Assembly (NCBI RefSeq): GCF_009914755.1
Contig: NC_060926.1
Strand: one strand, 5' to 3'
Origin: the human T2T-CHM13v2.0 reference genome, Homo sapiens
Length of the DNA: 64,000 bases
The position numbers and the translations under genes are program-made. Positions within the stretch are counted from its first letter, which is position 1; every line of letters starts with the position of its first letter. Below the pieces are notes generated by a model that made no database searches, was not told where the DNA came from, and saw nothing but the letters and a program-made list of their open reading frames with translations. Below are positions 41,444-56,471 of this stretch, piece after piece.

Positions 41444-44400
41444 CTAAATGGTATAAAACCTCTCTCAAAAATTTGGTGAAAGTATAGGTGCTTAGGTATG
41501 CACCAGTACTTAAGTGGACAACAACACATGAATTTAAATGCTTGTTAAGAGTTTTTAAGACTAAAATTTATACTAAGGACACTGATTCATACCAAGAAGC
41601 CAAAATATGAAATAAACAGATTAAATATTAAGCAGAAAATATATATTTGCTCCAAAACTGAAATAAAGCCGGTGTCAAAATGAAATGGGATAAAATTGTC
41701 TGTCCCACATCAAATCTCTTATATAAAGTGGTTCTTCTTCCAGATATTCTTTGAAAATGACCAGTTTATAAAAGAAGATTGGTTTCTATGAGCATCAGTG
41801 AGGTTGATAAAAGTGTAGACCAAATTTGAGCTTTAAAATTAAATAATTTGCTCCTAGGTTTTAAATGACCATTGAATGTTAATGGATCATAAATAAATGA
41901 AAAGCTTAAGTATAATTTTCTATGAAATACTTTTGTTTCCCCATAATATATGCTTTAATGAAAAAATAAATTAATAAAGTGCACTATTAGTGAAGAGGGA
42001 AAAGCTTGAGTGAGCGTTCGAATTTTGTTTGTTACTAGGCTCCATTATAATTTATTCATTCTAATCAGAGTTATTAACACTGACAAGTTAAATTAATTCA
42101 TCAAACTATAGAATATTATGAAATCTCTCATTAAGATAAATTAAACAAAGTAGAACCAATCATTCTTCCTTTTTGTTTTAAAACAACACATGAATGCTAA
42201 TTATCAGTCAGTGGTAATCTTACACTTCCCAATTAGAGCCACAGTTTCCATACATGTGATCAAACATCACATTTCATTTCTGCTAACTTAATTATTTTTG
42301 TGAGATTGGATTTCTTACTGTAGATAGTAACAATTTGTGCTACACATCTGAACATCGTTAAGTTAGGGAGAGGACGTGTGTCTAAACAAGCTGGAGCTGA
42401 CAGTCTGTCTCATGGAAGAGATGTGTGTGAAGGAGAGTTGGCCTGAAAGTTAGGTTGCTAAGGATTTCTGCAGCTATCATTGCAAGGCCTGCTAAGTTTC
42501 TTACCCTGCCTTTTTCCAGACAGAAAAGTTGCCAGGCAGCAGCAGACACAAGATGAAAAAGAAAGGGAAGAGACTGAGAGAGACAGGGGGCGGAGGAGGT
42601 AGAGAGAGAGAGAGAAAGGATTATTAAGGAAACATCATCAGTTCTTTAACTTGAAACAGAGTTACTCTGGACAAAGCCTCTAAGAAAAATAAAAAACTTT
42701 AGATGCAAGTTATTTCTCAAACTGCAACAGATCAAGGCACATTTTTAACCGCTTTTCTTCAAAAGTGGGTTCTGTTTTTCAGCATACTGTCTCAATTAGG
42801 ATACAAAGATTTGGTTGAGATAAATAAGATTTTGGTGTAACTTTAATTTTTACTATTAAGCAATTATTAGGAGGTATGCACAATTGAAAAGAAAATTAAG
42901 AGTGATGCAATTATCTAATTACATCTGGAAAGCAAAAATATTTCCAAGACAATTACATTGGTCTTCTCTTTTTATATTTTCAGCTTCTCTTTACTGTTAC
43001 TATCTGTAAATGTTTTAAGACATAAATATTATGGCAAAAAGCATGACTGAGGGCAATTATAAGTTTCAGAAGACAATATAAGCTTTAAATACTGATTTGA
43101 TTATTTGGATTTTTTCTGACTCTTGTTTGATAAACTTTTGACAGTAAAAATAAAAGGAGTCTACAGATTTAGACAAAGCCAGCAGAAGACTTGAAAGACT
43201 AAAGGTTATATCATTTTTTTCATTTTTTAAGGGATTGACATCCATAATAATAATATAGTCTGAAGATATAAATCCTATTTTGCTCTTTGGATATGTCAAG
43301 AGAAGGTACAATTGGTAATATTGCCATCCGTGTGTAGGTAATACAAAAATGTCAACAATTCATCAAATCCTTGTCACTCCACTCACATGGAATTAGCCCT
43401 CGGGTTTTAAGTCAGTTGCTGATTATAAGGTATGTTGCTTTGGTACTTTTAGACCCTGACATATGTGTGTTCAATACGAGCTCCACATTGCCTTCTCCAG
43501 ACCCAGAATAGAATTAGTGTATCAGGTGGAGGGTTGATTGTCAGTGGACATGGTCAGGATGCACTTTGTCTGAATATGCCCTTGTGACATGTTTCTACCT
43601 ATGAATATTGATCTCTGACCTTCTTTCTGGTCATCATCTTGCTGCTCCTTAATTATAATTAGAGACTTTAAGATTGTTGGAGCTGGGAGGAGCATTCAAA
43701 TAATCTACTCCAATTTACCGTATTTTGCAAATGAAAAATTTTTAGAGAAAGAAAACGTGACTAGTCTGAAGTCACACATTTTATTAATATCAGAAATACA
43801 CCTTGAATAAAGCTTCTTGAATGCTTCCCGTATTATGTAGTCAGCTTTGTTGGTATTCTTTTAGTTTTTGTTGTTGTTGTTGCTGTTGTTGTTTGTTTTA
43901 CTTCCCAGAAGTGGTAGCTCAGAGAATATGAATTTATTCATTCACTAAATATCTATATATTATGTGACAGACACTGTATTTAGCACCATGCATATAGCAA
44001 TAAGGATAATAAACATAATTCTTGCAGGAACATAGCATATAATCTAAATAAAATATTAATATCATTCTTCTGCTAAAGGACTGACTTTCCAGTATCAGCA
44101 TGTAAACCATCCTCTCAGAAACCACAAGCATGACACATAAAGGCCACTAATGGGATCACCCAGTAAAATCAATGCTGCATCTTTCTTGGAAAGTGTCTTC
44201 TAGTCATAGAGAAAACCCAATTTCTATTTGAATTCAACAGTGAATAAGAAATCACAAAATATATTTAAATCACAACATACTTTGATCTAGAACTTGGTAG
44301 CAAGTACAGAAATGTTAAGAACTTTCAGAAATATCAACAGTGATACATGCCTACATGTTCATTAGATTCTACGGACTCTATTCTGTTGTGGGGTCACATA

Positions 44401-46239
44401 AAATCAGGACAAAAAGAGAATTATAAAAGTCATTCAACTCATTCTTTTATTTGTTTTTATTGTAGCTATTAATGAAGACCTATTTGTGACCCTTTCAAGC
44501 ATCTTATCCCCTTTAAATAATAATTTCCAACTTCATATCCAATTCATATTTTTTCTTATATTTACTTTTTATGTAGCCTTTAGCATTTTATAATTTTCAA
44601 CCCCCCAAAAATGTTCTTTCTATATAATACTTTCTCCTATAATAGGCACTCAACGGCAATTTGCCTTACTGTTGATTAATGGCTTTCCACTTCTTCCCTT
44701 GAACTTATTTAATATCTCTTATCTCGGCTGTTCCCTGGTCCTTCTGCCATGGAATACATCTTTATATCTGAAGTAATCAGGATACTACACCGACAAAGAT
44801 AGAGGTTGGGCATGGGCCATGGACAGGGAGCTGAGAAGATGAGATGCCAGAACCCTATGACTTACACATAATATGTATGTTAATAAAATGAATGACTGTT
44901 AAAGTGTCAAAAAGTACTTAGTAGCTATATTATCTTAGGCCAAGTTTATTTCTTTTTGTTTTTTACTTTAGAGGGGGAGATTGTTTCCTTTGCTTTTTTT
45001 TTTTAAAGAAGAGTAATTATCTTTTTCTATTCTTTTATCAGAAGTGGCCCTCATATAATAAATTAGAGAAAAAAAACAGTAAAGAGAAGCAAAGAAATTT
45101 TAAAAAGGAAAGAAAGATGAGAAAAACGTACCTTTCTTCAAAGAGCATCTTGCTTAATTCACACTCAGAATTGCTTTCAGGAGGCTGTCAACAACTCCAT
45201 TTGGGCACAGTGCCTGTCACAGAGTAAGTATTAAGTAAGTGTGTCATAAGTGACATTTACTTAGAGGAGGGCTTTTAGATTTTTCTAAAGTTTGTTTTAA
45301 AGAAAAACTTACAAAACTAACTTCTCTAGAACATTGTTAATTTTTTAAGTAAAAAAAAATTCTCTCAGAAAATGTGTCTTGCCCTCTAAAAGTGTTTTTC
45401 TATTATGAAAATTATACTTTTGAATCACAATAAAAATTCAAAAGCAAAAAGGTGCTTTTTAGCCCTAAATAGAATGCCTTAATTTTATGTCAAGTCTCTC
45501 TTCATAGAAAAAAAAATGGTGACATTTGGACTTAAATATATTTACCAAGATTTGTAAAAATATGTGACTTTATGGATGAATCCTAGCAAAGTTAAATTAC
45601 GGTTGAAAGATTATTAAATGCTTTTATAACTTTTTATTGCTACATTCTGCAATGTAAATAGACTTTACCCAGGGTATCATTCATATCATTCTGCAAACCC
45701 TACTCTAAAACAACAACCACAAAAATGAGCGTGAAGATAAAGTTATTCTCAGGTATACAACAGAAGAGGTAGGAGAGGATGAATACCTTGAACATAGAAT
45801 GACCAAGAATATATATGATTATTATTTGGAGTTTATATTTTTCCTTGTGATAAAATGCATTTACTTCTAAAAGAAATGTCAATTTTGTACTTTTAGATGT
45901 ATATTAATCCTAATTTATTCTAACCTAACTTTTTCTTTTTTTTTTTCTTGGTGAAAGAAAGTGAATAGAGATGACAGGAAATAGTTTCTATGCTCTTTAC
46001 TGAGCTTTGCCTGAAAACACTATAAAACGAATTGAAAAATAAAAAAGTACATGTATATATAAATATATAATCATAAATTGACTGATATTTGGATAACATG
46101 TAAAATTGGTCAAAGGATTGTTGATATTAGTTATCTAAAACTAAGGAGTTTAATCAACTTGGACATTTCCACAAAGATACATATAGCTACTGGGAAAATA
46201 GCTCAAAAAAAGTAACATATTCTGTTGATCACATACAAT

Positions 46240-46292
46240 AATATATATATACATATATATACACATATATAACATATATATATATATATATA
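46240..46292. repeat. (TA)n-rich microsatellite
   Basis: Read directly. Confidence 0.9.
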
Positions 46293-48527
46293 AAGACATC
46301 TAGTCACCAGCCTGAATTTGGCTGTGGAGTTGCCAAAACCAATCATGCTCCAAGCTGTAGGTTGCAAGTGAAAACAAGTTATAGCCTCAGGGATGTCATG
46401 GTGACAACTGCCTGTCTCTCTTTGTAGCTCTCGGGCCAGTTTCTTCTGCCCTCTACTTCCCCTTCCACACTTTTTATTTATGATAGTGACAGTTTCCAAG
46501 CCAAAATTGAACACATGGCCTAATAAATAAAATTATGGAGCCAGAAGAAGATTATTTCTAATCAAGATTGTTCTGGAAAAACTTATCTTTTTGGCCATAG
46601 TAACTACTAAATTCAAGAAGTCTGAGTTACAAGTTACCTTATTTTATTTAAAGTTTGATGCTTTTAAAGTACATCTATAATAACCTGAGATTCTTCTCAA
46701 ATCATTGCTAAGAGTTGTTGACATCTAACTCAATTTTATGTAAGCAAATATTTAGATATCTTTAATCAAAATGGAAAAAAGGTTAATGTCTTACTTTATA
46801 TTGTAAACAGGCTGTAGGATTCGATCGTACCGACATGCAGATGTCCCAAGTATCCATTTGACAAATGGCTCTGGAAGTGATTTCATTATTCACAACTGTG
46901 ATAGTGGTGAACAAGCTAATGAAGGCAGTTAGTACTTGTATGTCCTGTTTTAAAATCAAAAGCACAAATTAAGTTCTCTTGTGTGAAGATAACAGAAATA
47001 AAACACACGTGCTCTGAGTGTGGAGCACTGTGAAGTGCTTCAAAGGGAAATTCAGTGGGAGATTGGTGTTTAAAATGCTTAATGGGATTCCTATGACTAT
47101 CCTGAGGGAATTTAGAGGTTCATTTTTAAGCTGCTGTAATATGATCATATTAAAAGTAAAAAGCAACTTCTTTTAACTATGATTTCAAAGATTAAATGAA
47201 ACTTCCCCCCACCACCACCACTTTAAAGAAATCACGTTTTGATTTCATTTAGGTGCTATGACAAGTTTTCATTTAGGGTTTGGTTAAAACGAACTCTTAG
47301 CTATCTAAACATAGATCAGTTGAAACAACATCTGGTACACAGGCTGCCGGAGTGAATTTTAGTTTTGTCCTCCCCTTCATCTACCCCCCCAACCTTAAAA
47401 AAGGTCCCCACCATTTATTAAAAATTCTCTGTGCAAGTGATTGACTAAGTCCTCCTTGCTATATTTCTTAAAAGTAATTTAAATATTCTCATATTATTCT
47501 TCTTTAAAACCCAAATAAAAATTAGGTACATGACTGTGCCTTTTACTGTTCTAGACAAAACAGTCTTCAGAAGAGAATGATAATTATCTTGGCATTGAGC
47601 TATAATGCAGAAGAAACCTTGTTTAGAATTTTGAAAATGCTCAACACCTCAGCTGTCTACACTATCATGCCTTTATGCTTTTAGAATAATAATTCTCCAA
47701 ATGCCGTTTAATCACACCTCTTAATATACCTTTATCTTTCACTGGGGAATAGTAGAAGTGTGACAAAGAGTATTTTCATTTATTTTACTCACTTTTGTTC
47801 TTTACATAAAAGGTAATATGAAAATGTGCTCAAGGGTCTACACCTTTTCTTCCAAACAAAATATAACTAGAGGAAGCAGATGCTGTGGTTCATAGTACTT
47901 GAGTGCCCCCTATAGGATACTTTTTATATTTTTGTTCATGTAGCTATGTTAGCTTTTAAAAACTTACTGCGTTTAATTTTATTTAAAATAAAAATAAAAT
48001 GATAAAAATGTGCATCTGTGAAATATAAATATGAATATTTTCTTTCCTCATATCCGCCTATCTGAAAAGCCAAAGAAAACTGTCATTTTAACACTTAGTT
48101 GTTTCTCTGTTTTTGCTAAATGTTTCCTCTAAAAGTTCTCATTGCCTGCTATTCTGTCTACATTCATAGTATCAATTACTTTATTTCAAAACATGCATTT
48201 AAAAATTTATGTCTATTATATCTAGGTATTTCTCTTAATATATCAAAAGAACAATCAACTAGCTATAAGTATTAGAAAATGAAAATGGAATATCCTTGTG
48301 CGTGAGGACAGGCAGTTGTTGATATGGTTAGAAATAGAATCTTTGAACTCTCAAGATTTCTTTAATTTCAAGTTGACATCCATGAATAATATTGAAATAG
48401 AATGAAAGAATACATATACTTACCTGTTCCTGGCAGTTTGATGGCAAGGTGTGCTATCTTAGATTTCTTGGGTTTTATGAGCCTTTTCATATTTGTACTG
48501 TAGCCTGGAATTGAAAGTGGTAGACAA

Positions 48528-48820
48528 AGCCAGGCACAGTGGCTCACACCTGTAACCCAGAAGTTTGAAAGGCCGAGGTGGATGGATCATTTGAGGCCAG
48601 GAGTTCAAGACCAGCCTGGCCAACATGGTGAAACCCTGTCTCTACTAAAAATACAAAAATTAGCTGGGCATGATGGCACACACCTGTAATCCCAGCTACT
48701 ATGGAAACTGAGGCATGAGAATTGCTTGAACCTGGGAGGCAGAGGTGGCAGTGAGCCAAGATACCATCACTGCACTCCAGACTGGGTGACAGAGTGAGAC
48801 TCTGTTTAAAAAGAAAAAAA
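48528..48820 (+). mobile_element. AluS (Sz-like)
   Basis: Full dimer; TSD tggtagacaa/tggtggacaa. Confidence 0.95.
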
Positions 48821-49229
48821 CATGGTGGACAAGAGGAGGAAGGAACATATATCTTAACCACTCTGTCATAACCACTCTATCTATATCTGGCTTAAAAACA
48901 TATTGCAATAGCCTACCAAGGCTGTGATTGTTTTAATTCAGAGTGGCCCACTTAGGTGATAGGACTGTAATTAGATCCTCTCTAAAATAGACTATTGAAT
49001 TTATATTCCATGTAATGTACTTGGATCCCAAAAACTGTCATTAATATCCTTATCTAGAAAAAGAATATATGCACACAGATAGTCTCCGGCTAAAACCTTT
49101 TATTTATTTATTTTTGCTTTGTATTAGTTAATTTCTAAATGCAGAACTGATATAGTGGTAATGAAGCAGTAATATAACTAGGCAATGAAAAGGAGGCCTT
49201 AATTTCCTTTCTTGCCTCTCTCCTTTCTA

Positions 49230-49700
49230 TTCTCACTTATTTATTGTGTGCTTGTTTGAAAATCACAGTACCTAGGGATGGGATTACTCTAGTGGAAAGT
49301 CATGGCATCTGTTTTCAAGAGCTGTATGTCTAATGAGAAAATGGGTCTGAAGAGACTATTAAAAAGTTTCCTGCTAAGTGCTATAAAGGAAGATATCCAT
49401 AATGTACAGTGGAGGCTTTGATAAACATACATTTATTTTGCTTCCTGTGGAGCAAAAAAGGTATCACCAAGAAGGGGACACTTCAGATGACTTTTGAATA
49501 TTTTGCTAGGAATAAAAGTGAGGGATGATCATTCTAGCAGATGGAACGGGATGTGTTGAGGCACACATTGCTAGAGAGTAACGTGAAAAATGATTATCTG
49601 GAATTTTGAAAAATCAAAGGTGTCAGATAATGCATTTTTAAAGGCATACTAAAGAATTTGCACTTTAAGTTGAAGGCAATAAAAATATCTTATTTGAACA
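49230..49700 (-). mobile_element. L2 fragment
   Basis: cacttatttattgtgtgctt...ttcaagagctgtatgtctaatg...cattctagcagatggaac...aaagaatttgcactttaa. Confidence 0.55.
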
Positions 49701-50849
49701 TATCAAGAACTAGCTAGGAACATAAAATCCATCCAATATACAGTTGTATCACCTGAAAGTCTACATTCACACTTCCATATATACCTTCTTGGATCTCATC
49801 TCTCATTTCTCCATTTCCCATGGTCGAAGCAGCCTAAATTCCAGATTCTTATCACAGGTTGTTAAAGTAATCTTTTAGCTATTAAAAAGTAACTTAAAGA
49901 ATCCTACCTAGTTAATCCAGTGATCCAGGACAAAGTTTCCCTGACTGCATATTGCAATTCTGGATTCATTTCTAAATTTTGCGCTTACAATCCAAATAAT
50001 TTGGTCCAATTACTTAATTTCTTCAAACCAGTATGTCCACCTGAGTGGACTAGAGATGATAACACCAGGGCCTCCAATTGGGGTGCCAATTACTGAATCT
50101 TGCTGACATCTGCTGTCACTGTGCCAGACCCATCACTTGCAGAACACTCATGGGAATTTCCCAGGCAGCCTGTTGCAACCTGACTAATCTATCTAATGAT
50201 CTGATCTCTTTAATGATGCCACGCTGTCTAGCCAGATCCACTGTCCACCTAGTCATGTTCTACAAGACACACTGTTGCTCCCAAAGGAGCAGATTGATTT
50301 AGTTGGAGACACAAGATACCGACACATTAAAAGAAGGTAACCAGAGATAAAAAGCAGCATATAGGAATTACAAAGTTAAAAGTACAAAGTAAAAGATAAG
50401 TAATATAGATTTTGGAAAAAAAAATAAAACTGGTATAAAGGAAACTGTCAGAGTTAGAATTTCAGCTAAGCCTCAAAATATATCTGGTTTTTATAACAGT
50501 TACAGGTTATTTTTGATAGAATAATATAAACATTTTAAAATCATGCTTGAAAAAAGTATATCTATTTTTGGGGATAATAAAAATAATCTGGTTACACTAT
50601 GTTAGAAATTTTTAACCAAAAATTATACAGAATTTTCGAAAGAAATAAAAATTTGTCAATTTCTTATTCTACAAAATGATAGGAATAGATTTTATCTTAT
50701 TTCTGGTGCTGAAAAATTATAGACTTTTGAAAATGTGCTGGTAACAGGATACATATATTCCAAATTTATTGGAAAACAAAACTAGAAAAAACTTGATAAC
50801 TGACAAAAAATAAAATAAACAAAAGAGAGACCAAGGAAATACATTTACA

Positions 50850-51900
50850 AAGGAAGACGATAGATGAAATAATAAGAACAAAGGTACCTACTGGCCACAA
50901 TAAATATGAATGCATTAAATACTCTAATTAAAATACATTGATTCTCAGATTGAATTTTTAACATTTATCTGCATGTTGTTTATTTTAAATATTTTTGTTC
51001 AAAATATTTATTGAATACACTCTATGTAACAAATAATGTGTGAAAATCCGGGAATATAATGGTTAACAAGATATCTATGTATTTTTCTTTCAAAGAAAAA
51101 TAAAGAAATATTTCCTTGATTAAAAAAGAGGCAAATAAAAACCTACATGTTTAAGAGGAGCAGTACTTATATCAGAAACAATTGAATTCTTCCCATAGAA
51201 CATGAATTAATAAAAAGAGAATACATTATATTGATAAAAGTTAAGTAAAAGTAATTATTACCTCATATATATCTTTCAATGTAGTTTCAAATGCAAAACA
51301 TATAAAGCAATGATCAAATAGGGGATATTACAACAGTTTAAACAAAGATTTGATGGCTTTGTTTGAAAGATAACTGAGGTCATATTTGCTCAGAATTTAT
51401 GAAATGTGGCACAAATCATTATGATTTTGATGAAGAAAATTCATACTATGTGAATAGAAATTAAAACTTTATTTCTTCTCAATTTACCCTAAAATATAAT
51501 ATAATCTCAAATTAAATTCTCAGATATTTTTTTCATTTGGAACTTGACCAAATGCTAGTAACATTAAATTAGAAATAATAAATACCTAAGAATTGCTAAG
51601 AGTCATTAACAAGAATAGAAGCACAGTGGTGATATTTGCTCTAGAAAATAGTATAGGAAAATACAAGCCATACCAATTAAAGAATAAACTAATGATGTAG
51701 AAATAAGCAGAAAGACTAACTAAACAGAATAGAAATTCCAGAAGCTACTTTAAACTGAAGAATACAGTATATCATAATAGGAGCATTTCAATACATTGTG
51801 CAAAAGATGACTTGAACAATTTACAAATTATTGACAGACTTTTCATGTAAATACTAACACATTCTCTACTTTAAATAGCCACATACTAAAAATTACTTTT
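50850..51900 (+). mobile_element. Highly degenerate L1M ORF2 fragments
   Basis: aaatatgaatgcattaaatactctaattaaaa (endonuclease start-like) and ggaacttgaccaaatgct...cctaagaattgctaag...aacagaatagaaattccagaa (late ORF2-like). Confidence 0.6.
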
Positions 51901-52711
51901 AAAATGCCTGTGTCCAAAAGAAATTAGCAAAGCTCACAGAGTCAAGTGCAAAAACCAACCACAATAGATAAGACTTTGCAAAATGCCTTGCAAAGAGATT
52001 CCAAAGTCAGGTTTAGGAATTTCTTAAATATTTTAAAGGCAGAGAGCAAATTCGATAATCATTTGGGATTATGTCTGGCCACTGTCCAAAAACTGCATTA
52101 AGGGGTGTAAAGAAGTCGGTAAGAAGACTAAATTAATGTCCTCTGCCTAAGTCATTATTGGGAAGGCTTTAAGAATATTCCAACTGCTGGCTAAATATGC
52201 AACCTGTAGTTTCAATTAGCTACTCAGTCCAAAATCTGGCAGATTGTAGGCATTTTATCAATTCTAAATATCCCAGAACTTGGGAACTATAGAACTGATT
52301 AATTTTGTTTTCAGTTTTGCAATTTACTAAATAGAATCTGTAAATAACTAGAGGGAAGGCAAGTATATATGAGAAACTGCTGCTCATTACTTGACTTCCA
52401 TTTTTGGAAGAATAAATATATACAAAATAAGGAATTTAATGTAATTTCTTTCTCAGTGTTTTCTTCAGAAGAAATATTTTAATTCAAAGGCACTAACAAT
52501 GTCATGGCAAGACTTTAAGGGGGGCTATCTTCCTCTAGAAATGGAATAGCAATGGTAAAAGTATGCATTTGATAAACAATATTGTTCTCTGAATGAAGAC
52601 TTCCAGAGTCAAGCTTCCAGACTATGTATATAATTTACAAAGATGCTTTCAGATGGTAGCAAGCCCACTGTGAAAATAAACTATAAGAAGGGATCTTCAA
52701 AACTGTGAGTA

Positions 52712-53018
<307 letters not shown>

Positions 53019-53159
53019 AAAACTGTGAGTAAGTAGCAAATGAGAGATCTATTTTATTATGAGAACAGCAAGTTCTTTGAGTGGAAGACACAAAGCAGTA
53101 GTTATAGGATAATGGGTTCCAGCCTTTCAGTCTTGACCCTGAAATTCACCTGGGAAATA

Positions 53160-53380
53160 TCAGTGATGAAAGAGAGCACTGGGGTAGGATCCAAAAAATC
53201 TGGTTTCTGTAGATTACAAATCAATTAATATGATGTCAGACAAATGATTAAAACATTTTGACCATCAGTTTTTCACAAACTGCAGATAATAATATCGATT
53301 TCATTGAGTTGTTAGTATATTTACATGAAATAATGACAGTGAATGCACCTAGTAGAGTGCTTGGCAAATGGCTGAATTTA
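53160..53380 (+). mobile_element. MIR
   Basis: gaaagagagcactggggtagga...catcagtttttcacaaactgc...gcacctagtagagtgcttggca. Confidence 0.6.
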
Positions 53381-53572
53381 TTTCTTGAGTCCAGTCACTA
53401 GACATGTCAAGCCATTGTACCATCCTAACTAAAAACATAAAAATAGAAGAGTCTTCAGGATTTTAGTCATAAATACGAAAAGATCATTTAGATCTCATAA
53501 AATTTATAAAAGAAAATATTATAGCTCTATCACACATTAAAAATGAAAGATACTAATAACCGTCTAGGTGGG

Positions 53573-53739
53573 CCATGGTTTTCAAACAAGGCTGTAAATT
53601 AGGATCACCCAGGAACTTTTAAAAAATAAAGATGCTACTGCCCTCAAAATTTCTAAAATCATCATTCCATGGTAGGCTGGGAATACTTTCTTTGGTGTTG
53701 CCTGTGTAGATCTGACATGCACCTTGGTTGAGAACACTG
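53573..53739. mobile_element. MER5A-like hAT-Charlie MITE
   Basis: Terminal inverted repeats tggttttcaa...ttgagaacactg; internal attaggatcacccaggaacttttaaaaa. Confidence 0.7.
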
Positions 53740-53833
53740 AATGTAGGTATAAAGATACAAACTGCAATATAGTGTGAAAAAGAAGAGGTGGCAGAATATT
53801 CATTTGGGAGAGAGACAGAAAGCTGCCAGAATT

Positions 53834-54196
<363 letters not shown>

Positions 54197-56049
54197 TTAG
54201 AAGTGAAATTTCAAGTATCTCTCTTTCGATGAAAATAATAGAAGTGGAAAGGGAAAGGAATGGGGAGCGGAGGCTCTGACTGACAGCAATGATGACTTTA
54301 TAAAGTGAATTACCTGACGAATTGCTTTGGCCCAAGGAATGGTACAAAAAGAGATTCAACAGAATCTTCTATCAGCCGAGTTAAAATTAGACCAGTGTGT
54401 GTTCTAGGAAAGTTAGGTACATGCAAAGCGTCTTATTCACTATATTTTGCTTTAATGCCATAGAATAAATGAGATCTGGTAGGATAGCCTAGATGACGAT
54501 CACCATTTCAACACATAAGAGTTCAAAGATGATGTCTCTGATAACAATTTCTAGTTCTGCGAAGAGGCACCAGAGACTGATTATGACGAGCCATTTTACC
54601 TCACTATATTTTATAGAGATTATCTTCTGGCTTGCAGAGGTTGCTACTGTTTACAAAGCCAGATACTAGGTGCCTCTACCCTTAGGATTCCTAGTAAGCC
54701 AGAATTTTATTTAAAAAGCTGTTTTCCCCCAATGTACCAAGCTAGAGTGTTTGCTGATGCTTTTGTCAGCATGCTCACAGCTGCTCACCTTACTTGAAGT
54801 TATACTTGAGCATTCCCCTGACGTGTTCTGTTTTGCACTTTTTGCGCACTGTTGATTCTCTTCAGTTTCACATATAAAACCTGTTCATGAAGTTGCTCAG
54901 CTACCATTTATCTCTTGCACATATCCAGTCCAAGAGAATGACATTAAAATGAGTATTATGCCAATGTTAACAGACTTGAGTGGTACCCACGATGTTTCTG
55001 GGAAGACCAGTGGGAGATCTATGTCTCATCTTTAGAGAAGGTAAGATGCAAAAGCATCTAGAGACACTGAATCATTTTAGAATGATTCTCTGGGGACATT
55101 CTCTTGCAGCTGCTTATTTTATCAAAAAGAAATATAAATATCCAGAGACTTTATGGAAATGTTCTTAAGTTTACATCGCTAGTTAGTAACAGAACTGATG
55201 CTGGATTCCAGATACTGTGCCAATATTCTAACCCAACACCACATTACTGTTATACCACATTACTTTCCTACTGGCAAATCTGTAAGAGAAAATGAAAGTA
55301 AGTTATTAAAGCAAAATGCCTTTTCTTATTAAGGATTAAAACCTGATAGCAAGGGCAATTTCCGAACACGAGTATTTAATAACAGCTTGAAGTTTTCAAG
55401 AGAACTTCTTGTGCATAAGAATGTGTGGTATGTTGACTGACAGGGTTATTACAGCACGGAGACATCCCTAACAAGAACTAGATTTAAATAGAGTATATGG
55501 CAATTATAATGTGTCAGTGGCTAATGAGGCATCCTCTATTCTAAAGAAGAATCAATTCTAGGAGTCTTTACTAACACAGATAAAGCTGCACGTTCACACC
55601 AAAACTTGATATTACTTGTTCTGCAGTTGGCGTGGTTATGCTGGTAAAATGTCTATTTTACCACATATATGGATTTAACAGTGAAATCCTAATTTGGTAA
55701 GGCTTCATTGGTCAATCTTTGGATTCATAGAGTAAATTCAGTCTTACCTGATCTGCAGGCTGCCCTGTGTAACTTCCTGGCCAAAGAAAGGTTTCAAAAA
55801 TATTAGCAATAATCAATATCACCTCAAGGAAAGATAGTGACAATAATATGATTATTGTCAACATATAATTTTGATGTCAGTGTAAGGTCGTTGGTCTCAG
55901 CAGTGATAACCTCATGATCTTTCAGTTTCTCCAGAAATGTCCATAATTTTATGATCTCACATTGACTTTTCAACTTTTTAAAATCTGACTTATGTGTTAC
56001 CAAACCACTAAAATTTATTTCACTGAAATCACCAGTCTTTTTAGTTTTC

Positions 56050-56405
56050 ATGATCTAATCCAAACACATTTTCATGATCACACAAAATTTCATGATCAAA
56101 TCCAAACAACACATTTCATTTAATTTCCGTGGAACATTTCGGACCTTTATTTTGAAATGCTTTTCTTCCTTGACTTCTGTAAAACTCTCTTCATTATTTT
56201 CTTAATTCAATAACAGGTTCTTTCTTCCTAGATTCTCTTCCTTCTTCTATGATTCAGTGCTCACAGAAGATCATAGTGAGACTTGTACTTTATTTTCTCT
56301 TTTTACTTTAATTTGCTCTCTAGCTTATTATTTCCACATCTGTGGGGCTTGGACATTTCCCGTTTCTATATAGCCTAAATATAGTCTAAGCATCTCTTTT
56401 CTCTC

Positions 56406-56471
<66 letters not shown>

